A stretch of 64,000 nt of DNA, taken from assembly GCA_965637545.1 (NCBI GenBank), contig OZ281495.1, positions 3,348,001 through 3,412,000 on the forward strand, in the 5' to 3' direction. Positions within the stretch are counted from its first letter, which is position 1, and every line of letters starts with the position of its first letter. Source of the DNA: Phallusia mammillata. Taxonomy: Eukaryota. The notes under the pieces are model-generated. The model made no database searches, was not told the origin of the DNA, and was given only the letters and a program-made list of their open reading frames with translations. Shown one piece after another: positions 12,101 to 26,100 of this stretch. Made by a program: the position numbers and the translations under genes.

Positions 12101-15100
12101 ATTTGACACCGAATCAAAAGTCCGACGCGCCTCCAAATACGTCAAGTCAGGGAAATCCCCATGACAGCACTCCAATCCCACATAAAGGTGACATAATTAA
12201 GTTTTTTTTAACGGTGACTGTCAGCAGAAACTTAATACTGACAACACCTTTTTTTCCAGGAAAAAGAACAATTGCCAAGGAAAAAAAATCATTCGATTCG
12301 ACTAAAAATCGGAGCAGTGCGAAAGATGAGAAAAAAGATGCGATCGATTTAACGTCAGGTAAAGTGGTTTGTCCAAAAAAGTGTTCACAGGCCGCATGTG
12401 GTTTAAAACTTCCTGAGTTAAAGCATGATCATAATACAAACCCCAGGTTTTCCTAAAACAATCCAAAATATACAAGCAGTAACACTTTTGGGATCACCAG
12501 CATTAACAAGTAAACATTGCGAGATAATGCAACACGTGCCAATCAAATACAAGCAGCAATCTGATATCGCTATCAAATATTTTTTTTGATATCCCAACTG
12601 AACGTCTGCTTCACCTTATTTAATTTGCGGCTTTGTGAGTTTTGACTTTCATTGTTGTAAATTCCCGGCCATGCTGTCCTTTGTAACCCGACCAGGGATC
12701 GGTTTTCTGTTCACGCCGTTCCCTTCGTAAGGTTGAAAGGTTTAACTTACAAGTCTGAAACAAAAGCGCTGCGTCATTCTTGTTTGCTACATTGTAAAAG
12801 TGTTTTGCACAGTCACCATCGCGTTTTTTCTGTTTTATACACATCTGTTTAATTGGTGGTGTGACATTTATAGATTTAACCAAAACACGTGAAAGCACCA
12901 AAAACCTTACACATACGTCACAACTGGGGATGGCCAAAGACCTAAAGGCTTCAGATTTTCAACGTTTAAGAGACGATCGGGGTTTGACTTCGAAAAGTAA
13001 AGGCGCCATTGATGACGTCACTGTCCAGGGCAAAACCAACGTAACCTCAACACAGATGACGAAAACACTCTTGAAAGAGTCAACACCAGGTCAGTGATAC
13101 TGAAATATAACCTACATTTATCCAGGATTTTTGAACGTGTTATACAGGAAGAACTCTAAATACAAATAAAAATATGGCTTTATTCCTCCCAAAAAGTGAG
13201 TTTTTATAACCCGACTTGTTTATATAAGAGGACCGCGGGCCGGATAAGTTGGTTGGCGGACGTACGTTTCCGACCCATTGGAGTAATGCACGTCAACAAA
13301 AAATACTTTTTGAAATATTATGATCAAATGGTTTTGTATCGATTTCTATACCCAAACGTAAGAGCTCACGCATTGCTTTCTTTCTGTTAACGATTTAGTG
13401 TTTTAAATGGGTGCAAATGTTGAGGTAAACTAGGTCTACGAGCAAGCTGCGTATCTAAAATTTCTCATTGTATCCCAACTTAACGTTGGTTTCACCTTAT
13501 TCAATTTGTGAGTTTTGACTGGCATTGTTGTAAATTTCCAACCGTGTTGTTCCTTGTAACCGACCTGGGATCGGTTTTCTGTACAAACCATCTCGTTGTA
13601 AGGTTGAAAGGTGTAACTTACAAGTCTGGAACAAAACCACTGTGTATTCTGTTTTGCTATTTTGCAAAGATGTTTTGCACAATTAACATCGCGATTCTGA
13701 AATATACATTATGTGTTTGTTGTTTCTTTACACATAGTTGTTTGACATTTGATTTAACATTTATAGATTTAACAGAAACGCGTAAAAGCACCAAAACCTT
13801 TCCACATACGTCACCTCTGGGATTGACCCAAGACCTAAAAGCTCCTGGTTTCCAACGTTTAAGAGACGAACGGGGTTTGACTTCGGAAAGCAAAAGTGCC
13901 ACTGATGACGTCGCAGTTCGAGGCAAAACCAGTATAACCTCAACACAGCCGACGAAGAGACTCCAAAAAGAGTCAACACCGGGTCTGTAATACGGAAATA
14001 TAAAAGTTATCCAGTTGTTTTTAGATAAAGTCCTGTGGTGCGTTCAAATCTAGATGTTGGCTAGATTTTTATATGACATGCTTTGAAGATCGGCTTCATT
14101 TTAATAGCGTATTATGATTTATTATAGAAAAAGCGACGCTACGCGAATTATCGATTTTGTTTGAATGAGAGTTCAAAATCAACTTTGTAAAACTGCAAAA
14201 CTTTTTGATGATCAAGAGATTTTAAACACAAGCCAAAGCTACGATTTACGCCCTGCTTTTATTTGTCCACTTTTTAAATGCGGCAGGCCAAATCCAAGAT
14301 CAGGAAATTAACAATGGATCGCAATGGGTAGTTATTAATAATGCGAAGCCATTTACTGTATATTATCTAAAATTTAAATCAATTTATGAGTACTTGAAAC
14401 ACAGCTAGAATAAAGTTATTTGTATTCACTTGTTATCGACACAAGCGCTGAGACAAAGGACATCATACATGCCTTTCTAACAGGGCTGTATACCGGATGA
14501 TTTTGCTTGTCGGGCGATTTGTGTATTTTGAAATTATATCAAATGGTCACAACGGATTTTCAAAGTATTGCATCAATAAGATTTCTACAAAAGCGTTTGA
14601 GTTTACTCATATATTGCTATAATTCTGTTGAAAGTTTTTGTGTTTTTTGATCCAACCAATATGCTAAAAACAACGCGAAACTTAAATGATATTTTCCAGA
14701 AATAAATGCACGTAAAGTCATCGGAGTGCTTCCAGTTACGTCACAGCAGAAGTCTTCACACATTAGTTTTGACGTCAGTTTCACTCCAGAAAAAGGTGAC
14801 ATGACTTCTGATTTTATTAATTTTTAACAGTGGGCTAAATTCAAAACAAAAACAAACTTTTCAGAGAGGAGAAAAGTCGTCGTGAAACAAAAAACAATGA
14901 ATACGATGAAAAATCGCACGAAAGCAATGACAGAGAAAAAAGATGCGATCGCTTTTAGACTAGGTAAGTCCTAGCTAGATTACATAAGGAACTTGGCAAG
15001 GGACAAACAAAGTTGTCACTCAAATAAAAACTTTTTACCGTGAAACAGCTTTTTCTTGATTGTTGGCTATTTGCAAAAGGTAGGTATATTTTCTTAAATA

Positions 15101-17860
15101 GGCAAGAATATTTCTGAAGCCTGCAAGGTTTGACATTCCAAAAGAATGCTCAAGACACAAAGTTCGCCCCAAAACGCGGGTGATCAGTTGGGTTGCAAAT
15201 CTTGATCCGAAGTTTAGCTGAAAGCTACTTGCAAACCACTTAAAAAGCACCGGCGTATAACTAGAGAACCGCTGATCCTAACGAACACTGACTTTTCAGA
15301 TTTAACGTCAAATAAAGCGTCCAAGGAGCTTCCATCCACGTCACAGAGAGCAGTTTCCGGTGATACATCTCGAAATCCACCTCAAGGTGACATATATTTT
15401 TTTCTTTGTTCCTGGCTGCTGACAAAAAAAAACTTAAATTAGGCGTCGCAAACCAATCCGCCCCAAAGAAAAATTATTTGACTCGCAGTCACTTTACAGG
15501 CTACTCTCTTGTACATGAAATAACACAAAAGCTATTTCGTGTTTCTGTGTGCCCATGGTACAGCTTTCGTGAAGAACAATTAAGATCTAAGTTAGAAGAT
15601 TATTAAAGTATTCCTACAAACGTTTTAACAACAATAATAACAGTGAAGGGAATAAAAATTACAATTAGTACGGTCCACTAAAAACTCTACTATTCCATTG
15701 CTTTGGTCCAGGGTTTAGACAAATTTGTCGAGCTTTGCTCTTAATCAACATTGTCCAGATAAAAGAAAATTCGTCATAGAACAAAAGGTAACGGATACGA
15801 CCAAAAATCGAACAAAAGCGATGGAGAAGAAAAAAGAAACAGCTGCGTTTTCATCAGGTACACCATAATCTGATTTCAGAACAGAACAATTTAAAAACGA
15901 AATAACAACAACGATCGACTGTATATTGAAAGTACGTTGCATTGTAGTAACTGCAATATGTACTCGTTTTGTGTAAATTCAAGTATGATTACTTTTTACC
16001 ACCTTAAACAGTGACATTTTTCACATTTAATATGATATCACAAAGTAAAGGTTTTTTGCTCAGTCATCTTATCAATTTGAATATCGCTATCCAACGTATA
16101 TTTTTTTACGGATCAGACATAACTACAAAAAGCACCGAAGAGCTTCCACATACGTCACGACAGGAGATTTCTCATGACGGAAAGGCTCCAGGTATCCACC
16201 TAAAAATACGATTTTGGGCAAAATGTTACATGTTTCAAAACATGCATCGGGGAAAGTCGATCCATATTCAAAGGAGCTAGAGACCGGTTCCAGGTCTCAA
16301 AGGCAAATATCTAAAACGCCACAGAGTTGTAAGTGGATCTGCAATTGGGCCGGAAACCCTATCCGAACGCAATCAAAGTGTTATAATACTGTATCGAATA
16401 GGCTAGGGTTCAAAGCGAAAACAGAATATTCTACTGTTTTGCTAAAAAAATTCGGCCGAATTTATCAAAACATTGCGACGTCACGCGAAGTCGTACTCTA
16501 CGTTTTTGACATGAAACATAAGATTTACCACCAGCCAAACAGTGATGTTACTATAGTATACTAACTTGGTAGTCCAGCTCCTCTTTTCCTCCCGTTTCTT
16601 TTGTTATCCTGCTTATTTTGGTTCATATGACTGACACTGCACGTCGCCTGAAGTTTTGTGCGATGTGGTAAACAAAGCCGACACATCATTAAATAAAACG
16701 TAAACAAGCGTAATATTTTCTTTAGTCTGACTTGCTCATACACTAGCTTGTTTTTCAAACACAATTTCTTTAAGATGAGAACAAATGTCCACGTGAAGAG
16801 AAGTTGATACAGAAATTTCTTGAACATGACGAAGCAAAATCGACAATACTGGAACTTACGAAGCTGCTCAAAAGTGAGTTTGTTAAAAAACGATAAGTCA
16901 GTGTGCAAATTTTATCTGTAGGCTAATTACATTTTACGTTAGTTCTAGCCGGCCAACATTTGTTCTAGAATAACAGGATAGTTTGTGAAAAAAACTATTT
17001 TGGCCAAAATGATACGCAATTCCGAAACATGAATCCGAGAAAGTCGATCAACATTCAAATGATCTAAACACCGGTACGGTGCCCACAAGGAGTTGTAGAC
17101 CTGCCATTAGGGCCCGAAACCCGATCCGATCCGAACCTGACCTTGAATATTAAATCTATTAAATTAAATCAAGCCCGAAAGTCGGTGAAAATTCAGCAAA
17201 AATGATGCTAAGTGTGGAGTCAGGTCCGAATCAAGCCCGAGTATAAAAACTTAGCCCGAACCCGAATTTCAACTCCGGTGCACTAACAACCTGCAACTGG
17301 TAAAAAACATCACAAAGTGTAATTAAGATATTTGCTGTTTAGATCAAAGTGGGATTTGTAAAACTAGAGTGCACCAAATCGGCTAAATAGAGTTCTAACA
17401 GGAACCGAATATTCGACAGTTTTGCCAAATAAATTCGGCCGAATCAATTGAAACAACGTCACGCGAAGTCGACGACGTCACGCGAAAGTCGTACGCTACG
17501 TATTTGAAATGAAACATAAGTTTTACCACCGTGCAAACAATTGTGTAACACAACAGAATAGTTGTATTTTATTATCATTACAGTTCTGTGGATGTAAGGT
17601 TGCCTCTGTCATGGTTGTCAGCCTGGTAATGAGTTACTGATTTTGACTGTGGGCAAAATGATATTGTTTAATAATGATACTCGTTTTTACACTGTTAATT
17701 TTTGTGCAATTTAAATAATTCTGGAGTGAAAAGTTAGCCTCAAAAAACATTTTGTTTTAAGATGAGAACAAATGTCCACGTGAAGAGAAGTTGATTCAAA
17801 AATTCCTTGAACATGACGAAGCAAAATCAACAATACTGGAACTTACGAAGCTGCTCAAAA
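9158..17860 (+). CDS. K1 linker: 19 candidate phase 1-1 cassette exons (about 690 aa, S/T/K/P-rich and helical repeats)
   Basis: Exons 9158-9262, 9413-9496, 9700-9786, 9852-9950, 10308-10463, 10886-10963, 11429-11527, 11693-11779, 12101-12187, 12260-12358, 12874-13089, 13767-13982, 14700-14795, 14865-14963, 15300-15386, 15759-15857, 16117-16191, 16775-16873 and 17762-17860. Each is AG/GT-bounded, a multiple of 3 long and stop-free. Confidence 0.75.
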
Positions 17861-18454
17861 GTGAGTTTGTTAAAAAACGATTAGCATAACATGCCAAAAT
17901 AACACGATAGTTTCGTATTTTTAACATGTTACTTGCGTTATCCGCGGTGTATTAAGCTGTACAGGCCTAAAAAAATACGCGTTTTTTACTATCTAACGCT
18001 TTAAAAACAGTCATTTTTGTACTTTTATACTTTTTCGAACACCAGTTTCGTATATTAGCTGGGCATTAACATGAAAATATAAAGCTCAGATCAGATTGTG
18101 CAACTGCTTGGCCGAGCGCCGAGCATCAAAACAACGATGCTCGGTACCGAGTACAGGGGTCTGGCTCGGTTCGGTCCATCACTAGTGTACGGAGAACGCC
18201 TATATGCGTTATACTCACAGTTAGTCTACCATCGAGCTTCCTGTTATATTGCAAGTCAGATTAATTATTTTTTTATTCGACTTTTACGGCTTGCAGTGAT
18301 TTGGTGAGCTTATTAGTTCTACTCGGGTACCACAGGGTTGGAGCAATGTCACTCAAGATATTTGCTCAGGGAAACACAAGCGATCGAAATAGGATTAGAA
18401 CACACAAACTTAATAAAAATAGACCGAGTGGTGGGCGCGGTCTTGTGCTTAAGT

Positions 18455-18577
18455 CAGAGTTGTAAATCGGACCTTTCAGGCCTTAACTGTCTTCTCACAA
18501 ACGATTCGGGTTCAGGCCGGGTTTGGGGCTTGTACTTTCGGGTACGGGATCCAATTTCAGGCTCGTTTACAACTCTG
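18455..18577. mobile_element. Small MITE-like element
   Basis: 12-bp TIR cagagttgtaaa / tttacaactctg and a ttcggg-rich interior. Related degenerate sequences lie near 16.3 and 17.1-17.3 kb. No TSD. Confidence 0.5.
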
Positions 18578-18722
18578 GCGAGAAACTGAAGCAGTATTGC
18601 TCTACAACATTGTGGAACCTGTTGAGTAGAGAGAAATGAATCAAATATAACTGATTCAACAGGCTTGCAATAAAATGAGAAGCTTAAGACACAATATTGA
18701 CGCAGTAATTTTGTTTTTTAAG

Positions 18723-21677
18723 GTCAACGCAATTACACTGCAGAGGATATGAGAGCAATCGCCAAAAAGCACGTGAAAGACCAAGAATATTGCAAAGCAC
18801 TGTTGTTCTTTGCAATCGCAAGAAATTTTTACGGAGAACATCAGATTCAGAAAGAGGAAGGCAATCAGGCATCAAGTGTCCAAGATCACAATGTAAAGTT
18901 TCATACACCACCACCTGCAGCCAGTGTAAAGGTTTCTACACATTTGGAAGAAAAAGTTTCGTGTTCCTCTCGCTCAACTCGGTCAAAAGTAACATCTCAA
19001 CAGGTTTGTGCCTATCCATCGCCCTTGTTTTGCTTTTAAAACAATGATTTCCAACCAATTTTGAAAATTCTTCACTTCACAAAAAATAATTTCATTCCTA
19101 CCCAATAGACTGCATAGCTGATGTTACACCATAGCAAGATAAAATTAGGCCTTTTATCAACTTCACAGGTTATATTCCCAGAGCTATAATGTCTATTTAC
19201 AAACCACATGTAGATAAAATAAATGCCTCCCTGAAGTTTAAAAATATGCCCCCTTGAGACGAATTCATACCCGGTTAGGAACCACTGCAAAATGTATTTG
19301 ATTGGTGGTACCATACATAAACACACACTGCATCTCTTTTCGGCAACGTTTACTCAAAATTTTTTTATGGTGCACTTTTATGCTGTGATGCAGTTTGGTT
19401 GAAGAGTGCCGAAATTTGAGTAATATTACTGTTTTCAACTTTTGTTATCCTTTTGCATGCAGAGATATTTCGTTCACATCGATTCACAACGCGTGGGTGC
19501 GAAAGGTGGAACGCTAAGAGCGGGTTGCTGTCAAGTTAAAATCCCTAAAGGTGCTTGTGATGATGAGGTGGAAATTGTAATCACTTCACAATATGGATCC
19601 TCAAACGGAAAGGTCTTCACCTAAAACTAGAATTTATGTTAAAAAACAACAGACACAATTGGTTTATGTTTAGTTTTTTATTTGGCCAAGAAAAAGTACA
19701 GGGCTAGATTTGAATTGGGTGGCTAAACATATGTTGTATAACCGTGGGAAAGGTAATGAAGAGTAGAGTAAAATACGTTACTACAGCGAGGCAAAGAGGT
19801 TATTGCAGATAATGTTACATGTTAGCGTGATAAATGTTTGTACATGTGTGAAAAAACGCGATTTCCAATAAGAAAATTAAAAGGAAAGGATCAGTTTGTT
19901 CAAAAAGCTCTCGCGAACCTCACATTTACTATTTCTTGTCATGTTATGAGCTTGTTTAGATTTTTTTTTTTTCATGGGTCCCCATTACTGGCTAATTCAT
20001 AGTCTATGTGTCCGTAATTCTTAAACTGTGTGTCGTAACACAAAAAGAACAACTGGGGATCAAGGGTGGCAAAACATCTAGTTTCTCGATGAACCCCATG
20101 ATCAAAATAGGAAAAACACAGTGGTATATACGTACTATCTCTAATCACTAAACTTTAATGTTTAATAATTTTATTATTTAAGGTTTCGGCGTTAAACATT
20201 GAGAATGATTTTGTTGCCCGACTCACTCCGATTTTGAAATGTGAACCAGTAGGTTTCAAGTTTAGGAAACCAATAGAAATCACACTCCCTACATGTTACC
20301 GGAATGTCAAAGAATTTCCTGTTTCTGTCGCAGTAAGTGCTGAAAACGACAGTCAAGGACAAGCACAGCTTTGTGTTTTGTATATTTCTACCAAATTATG
20401 TCTCTGCTGCTTAGGTTATTGGTGGAGCTATTAACGTGAGAACTTAATATCTAATGTATACGGAATTTTGTGATTTTAGTTTTTACTTTTACAGCTCCAC
20501 CGATTTAAATATTTATTTTTTAATTCAAGCACACGAGTAATAACTAAAACAAGTGCTGTTTACCAGTAAAAATATCATACGCTGCTGTTTATACTCACCT
20601 GTGATTCGGTAAATACTTTAAATTAGCTTAAAAGGTATTTCTTAAACCAACTTATAACCCATGACAGGTCTGCCTCCAAAAGTTTCAAAACGGTGTGCGT
20701 TTCCTGTTAACATATCGTTCTATAGCTATCAACCATGTATTGCGCAGATTTGTGACAAAACCAACAGTTCTACCTGGAAGGTTATGACGCAATGCCTAAT
20801 GGACCAAACAACTCAATCATTCACCTTCCAAACTGACCACTTTAGCATGTATGTTCTCATACTGTTATGTTTATGCATTCTAGTAATTATTTCAAATTCC
20901 AAAATTATTGTTCAAAGCTTTGACGGAATCTGCACTGCTGGCGATTTTGTCGATTTAATGAAAGAGACAGCAATCACCTTGGAAGTTTCTTCTTATGAGG
21001 AAGACATCGTATCCGAAATTGTGACTCATGTGTTTGTTTGTGACAACATTGAGTCAACGAAAAATGAGAAGCCCCTTAATTCAGCTTTGGATATGATCGT
21101 GCTACTGCGGTTAGTTCTAAGGTTAAAAACTGTGTTGTTTTGTTGAAACATGTTTTCCAGCAGCCTAAATAATTCTGAATAACAAGTTCTGACAAATATG
21201 GCTTTGCATCATTGCGGTAGCATTTATAGTGGACTGACGTTACCAAATAAATATTACGCAAAAAATGCCAAGCAAAATTTCATAAAATAAAAAAAACAGG
21301 TAAAATAAATCACGCATACTATGGTTTGTAATTCCCAAAACATGCACTTCCATAGACGGCTATGTATTGGTTTATTTATATTTTTGTAAGTTTGTACATG
21401 CAAAATCACCGGTCTTATGTAAGTAAAACCCAATACAGAAACCAAAAACAAGATGTCCACATCCGAGTAAGTGCTGAAAACACAGTAGCAAACCCTGATG
21501 AACATATTGCTACACTGGAGAGCATCAGAGATTCGTGGCAGTTTTGCCTGACAAGGACGGACGGCGAAAACTGGAAACAAGGGATAAAGGAGATTAAACT
21601 GGAGATCAGTTTTAACAATCCTAATCTACGGGATATCGTCAAGTCTGTTTTCTTGGAGAAACGTCACTTGGGCATCA
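18723..21677 (+). CDS. TPR-like helix + ZU5 + UPA-like module, copy 1
   Basis: Exons 18723-19003, 19463-19612, 20183-20332, 20748-20848, 20918-21109 and 21439-21677 splice in frame. ZU5 signatures are VGAKGGTL, VKIPKGA, LTPILKCEPVGFKFRKPIEITLP and W..FQTDHFS. A beta-rich UPA-like segment follows (ITLEV..HVFVCDNIES..WQFCLTR). Confidence 0.82.
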
Positions 21678-23190
21678 GTAAAAGTTTTTGCTTGTTAGGG
21701 GTCCCGTTTCCGTGACACATATTGTTTTTGTCCGTATTTTTTTCTTTTTTCTGTCCAACGCTGGTTTGTTATACGCGTTTGGTCAAGAAAGCGTGCTTTA
21801 AATTTATTCAAATTTACACAGATGTTAATTATTTATCCATATTTATTCCTCTTAAAGTTTGACCCAAAATGATCCAAGGGTTCAACAACAGGTCCCCAAA
21901 ACGTAATTTCTTTAAAACAGCTGTACTGACCTAAGTACATGATCTAGGAGTTTCATGCTTTGTTGGTTGGTGCAATGTAAGCTATTCTAAATATTCTAAC
22001 TTTTTATTGGATTTGCCCATTTTGCACCCCTTTAACCCCGAAATAATTGGCTTCACTTTTTCCAGTCCCTTAGGTCAGAAATGCAAGCCCGTTATATGTG
22101 CTAAAAGTTAAATTTTTAGGAAAAAAATGTTTGCAGTGGGTTACTCATTTGGTGATCAAAATTTCGGCCCAATGGCCTAATGGTTGTCGTTACAGCCCAT
22201 AATATGTGTACACTGGAAAGCCCAAGGGAGTAATTCACTGGTTTACAATTGCGGCAAATTAATGCATAGCGGGAAATCGCAACTGGACGCGTGGACGGAC
22301 GTTTTAAGCGGCAGTCTTTTTGATTAGTAGACATCAGCGCAGTAATGCTATGTGGTTTTATTACGTTAGTACGCGTATTTTCAGCTTAGGCCAAAGTTTT
22401 GTATCTTAGAAGTGATTAAAACGATATTTAGGTTTTGTACATTTCAGGCAAACGTTGTTGATTAACATGAAGGTAAAAACCTACATGTTTTCTAAAGATC
22501 CAATAAAAAGGATTAAACGGTAATTGACAAGTTGGCCGTCTTATGACGACTGAAGGTCAACTTGTAGGAAACGCAGAACACAGTTGAGAATGATTTTTTG
22601 TCACAACGTAGCTTCTTTAATTTTTACACATATACTCCAGAAACAATACGTAAGTCAAATATAGATTGAGAGAAACATTATTGTTAATCACTAAGGACTG
22701 TGTGCTATTTAAAACCATGTCAAAAGATTTTTAAACGGTCGTTCGGCGACTACACCGCAATAGGCTACTGAAGAACAATAAATTTATGTGACAATAATGA
22801 TGCAAAAAGAATACGGACATGCAAAAAGAATACTTTGGGTTAGTGCTTTCTAATAATTTGTCCTTAAGAATTTTAAAAATAACCGCAAGATTTTCTTTCC
22901 GTAAATCCGCACAAACACTCGTGTGGGGACCCATTCGTTTTTGTTTGCAAAAACAATCATATTTGTAAATCAAATGATGTGTATATTAAATTGGTGAATA
23001 TGATATAGAATATATAAAATGAAAGTATATTAGAAAGCCACCTTTCTAACTTCATCCGTATTGCATTCGAAACAAGCCCTTTATGCTAAATATCTACGTG
23101 CACTAATAAACCATTGTACAACTGATAAACACATACAACAATACAGTTTAAGTGTTTCACGGCTGTTTTTATCAATTTTTGTATCTTCAG

Positions 23191-26100
23191 GTAAATATAA
23201 TAATATAAGCCTGAATGAGACGATTCAAAATTTTATTAATTTTCTAACAAGGAAATATGACGAAGCAAAAGCAGTTGATCAGGAACTATTTGAATTTCTC
23301 AAAAGTAAGTTTACGTTCGATCTGAGGTACAATTTAGAACCTTTTTTTTGACCAAATTCTGTTAACATAGCAATGCTGTTGCATTTCCACAATGCTAACT
23401 GTTCACAATAACTTTAAGTAATAACTACTTTTTTTAGAAACAAAGATACTAATAACGACAACCAGAACATATTATTAGTGAACGCAAAGAAAACAACTAT
23501 TTGCATACTCACTTACTTTCAGATGAAAACAAACGTTTACTTGAAGACCAGCTGATTCAGAAATACCATAACAGTTTAAAAGAAAAAAACTATGAAGAAG
23601 CGGCATTGATAAGACAGAAATTCACAAAGCTACTCAAAAGTGAGTTTACAAGAAAAGAAATAATACAACATGTTGTGGGTTGTCTTTAACCGCCTTGTAT
23701 TTACACGGTTGTAGGGTCTAATCCTGTCTTAACCGCATTGCGTTCCGTAGAGCAAGAAACTTAAGACAGCAAACACATTGTTAGCATTCAAAGTTGCCCC
23801 TCAACTGAGGATAAAAACGAAGTAAACAAACCGTTCCCCTAAGTCATTTAAAACTGTTTATTGTAACGATTTATTTAGTTGGAAGTCAGTTAAAGTTATT
23901 TTAGTTAAAGTGCAATGATTTATATGTGACTGTGCAGATCTGGATGTAAGATCGACACGATAATTTTGTTTTGCAAGGTCAACGCAAATTTACTGCAGCT
24001 GATATAAGGGAAATCGGCAAAACGCACATGGATCAACGGGAATATCGCAAAGCACTGCTGTTCTTCAAAATTGCTAGTAATTTTAACGCTGAACAACAGA
24101 TTCAGAAAAAGGAAGGCAATGACGTATCAAGTATCCAAGATCGCAATGTAAAGTCTCATACACAACCACCTGCAACCAGTGTAAAAGTTTCTACACATTT
24201 GGAAGAAATAGTTTCAGTTTTCTTTCGCTCAACTGGGTCAAAAGTAACATCTCAACAGGTCGGTATTTACACGCAAACCTGTGGATTGGTTAACTTGTGG
24301 ATAATTATCCCCGAAGGGGTGACATTTCAGGGGGTAGTTACATAGAAAAAAACCTTTCTTTTACTTTATCCTTATGTGACGTGATCATTGGTTATTTTTT
24401 TGATGAAATGGTGAATAAAACTCAATTTGTTGTTCTATTAGCAGGGGTAATAACAATTAAAACAACTGCTTTAAAAGTTATACAAAATGTAAAGTGGCTT
24501 TTTTATTATATTGGTTGTACCATGTGAAAACATGCACATACACTGTAGCTCTCTACAGCAACGTTACCTATTCACAACTGCAGCATTTTCGTGTACCTCT
24601 ATGCTTTGGCGGTTGAAAGCGTTGAGATAAGTTTTCAACCGATTTTATCTTGTTCAAACAGAACTATATCTTTCACACCGATTCGCAACGCGTGGGTGTG
24701 AAAGGAGGAACGCTAAGAGCGGGTTGCTGTCAAGTTAAAATTCCCCAAGGTGCTTGTGATGATGAGGTGCAAATTGTAATCACTTCCGAGTATGGATCCA
24801 CAAACGGAAAGGTCTTAAAACTAAACTTTTAAATAACAATCAGTCGCATCATTCTAACTTAAAAAAAATTATAAGTATATAATTTGTATGAACTATATAA
24901 AAGTATGTGTATAAACTATATTTTGTAACGTAAAGTTTTCAAAAACTTACTACTCAACCCTACACCACTTTAGGTTGTAAATTAATAATTCGGCTCTTTG
25001 TGTCACCTATCCAAATTTAGCTCAATGTGAAGCTGCAGTGAGGTATGGTGTTAGTAGCTCTACCCAATATAAAGCCGAGAAATATCCGAGTTCATGTCCC
25101 ATTTCATGTTTTAAGACTTACAACAAAATGTGTATGTGCATGACACCAAAGAAAGTCTCGTCCATCGTATTAGAGTAACAAATTAATTTCAAAACACTTT
25201 TAAGCAAGCCCTGGGTAGGGAATAAATGTTTAATTTCTATGGCCACAAGCTTAACAAGTTTAAAAACCACAGCTCTATGTTGCATCTATGGTTTGTAAGT
25301 CCTCAAAGAAAAATAATTGTATTTTTTTAAGACTTCGTTATTCGGCGTTGACAATCCCATCGTTGACCGACTCACTCCGATGTTGAAATGTGAGCCAGAA
25401 GGTTTCAAGTTTCGGAAACCTATAGAAATCACACTCCCTACCTGCTACCGGAATGTCGAAGCATCTCCTGTTGCCGTAAAAGTAAGTTAACTTGTTATTG
25501 AGTGATTGAGTTTTGTTTGTCCTGGCAAGGCATTTTTAACTATTTTCACAAACTGTTATAATAATCATAATTGAACTCATAAACAACTTATTCAAGTTGT
25601 CTTCCTATTTCGCCAAGATTCGCCACAAAACAAACGATTCCGACTGGGAAGTTCTGACACAATGCTTGATGGACCAAACCACCCGATCATTCACCTTCAA
25701 AACCGACCACTTTAGCATGTATGGCATTACACACTGTTCAGTATAATACAAAAAGGTTTACATTACCAATTGAAACAATTTGTATATAGCTATGACGTTG
25801 TCGGAAAGTTTTTTGGTCTGATGAAAGAGACGGCAATCATCCTGGCAGTTTCTCCTTGCGAGGAAGACATCGTATCTGAAATCATCGCACATGTGTTTAT
25901 TTGTGACAACATTGAGTCAGCAAAAGATGTGACGCCGCTTAACCTGGTTTTTGACAAGATTATTCTGTTGGGGTTAGTACTTAAACAAAAACTGTGTTTT
26001 GTTAAAACGTATTTAGCATTAGCCTGTAATACGTAGTCTGGTGAGGGTCTTTTCGTTGTTAATGGTAAAATATTTGAAGATGAAGTATTTAAAATTAGCC

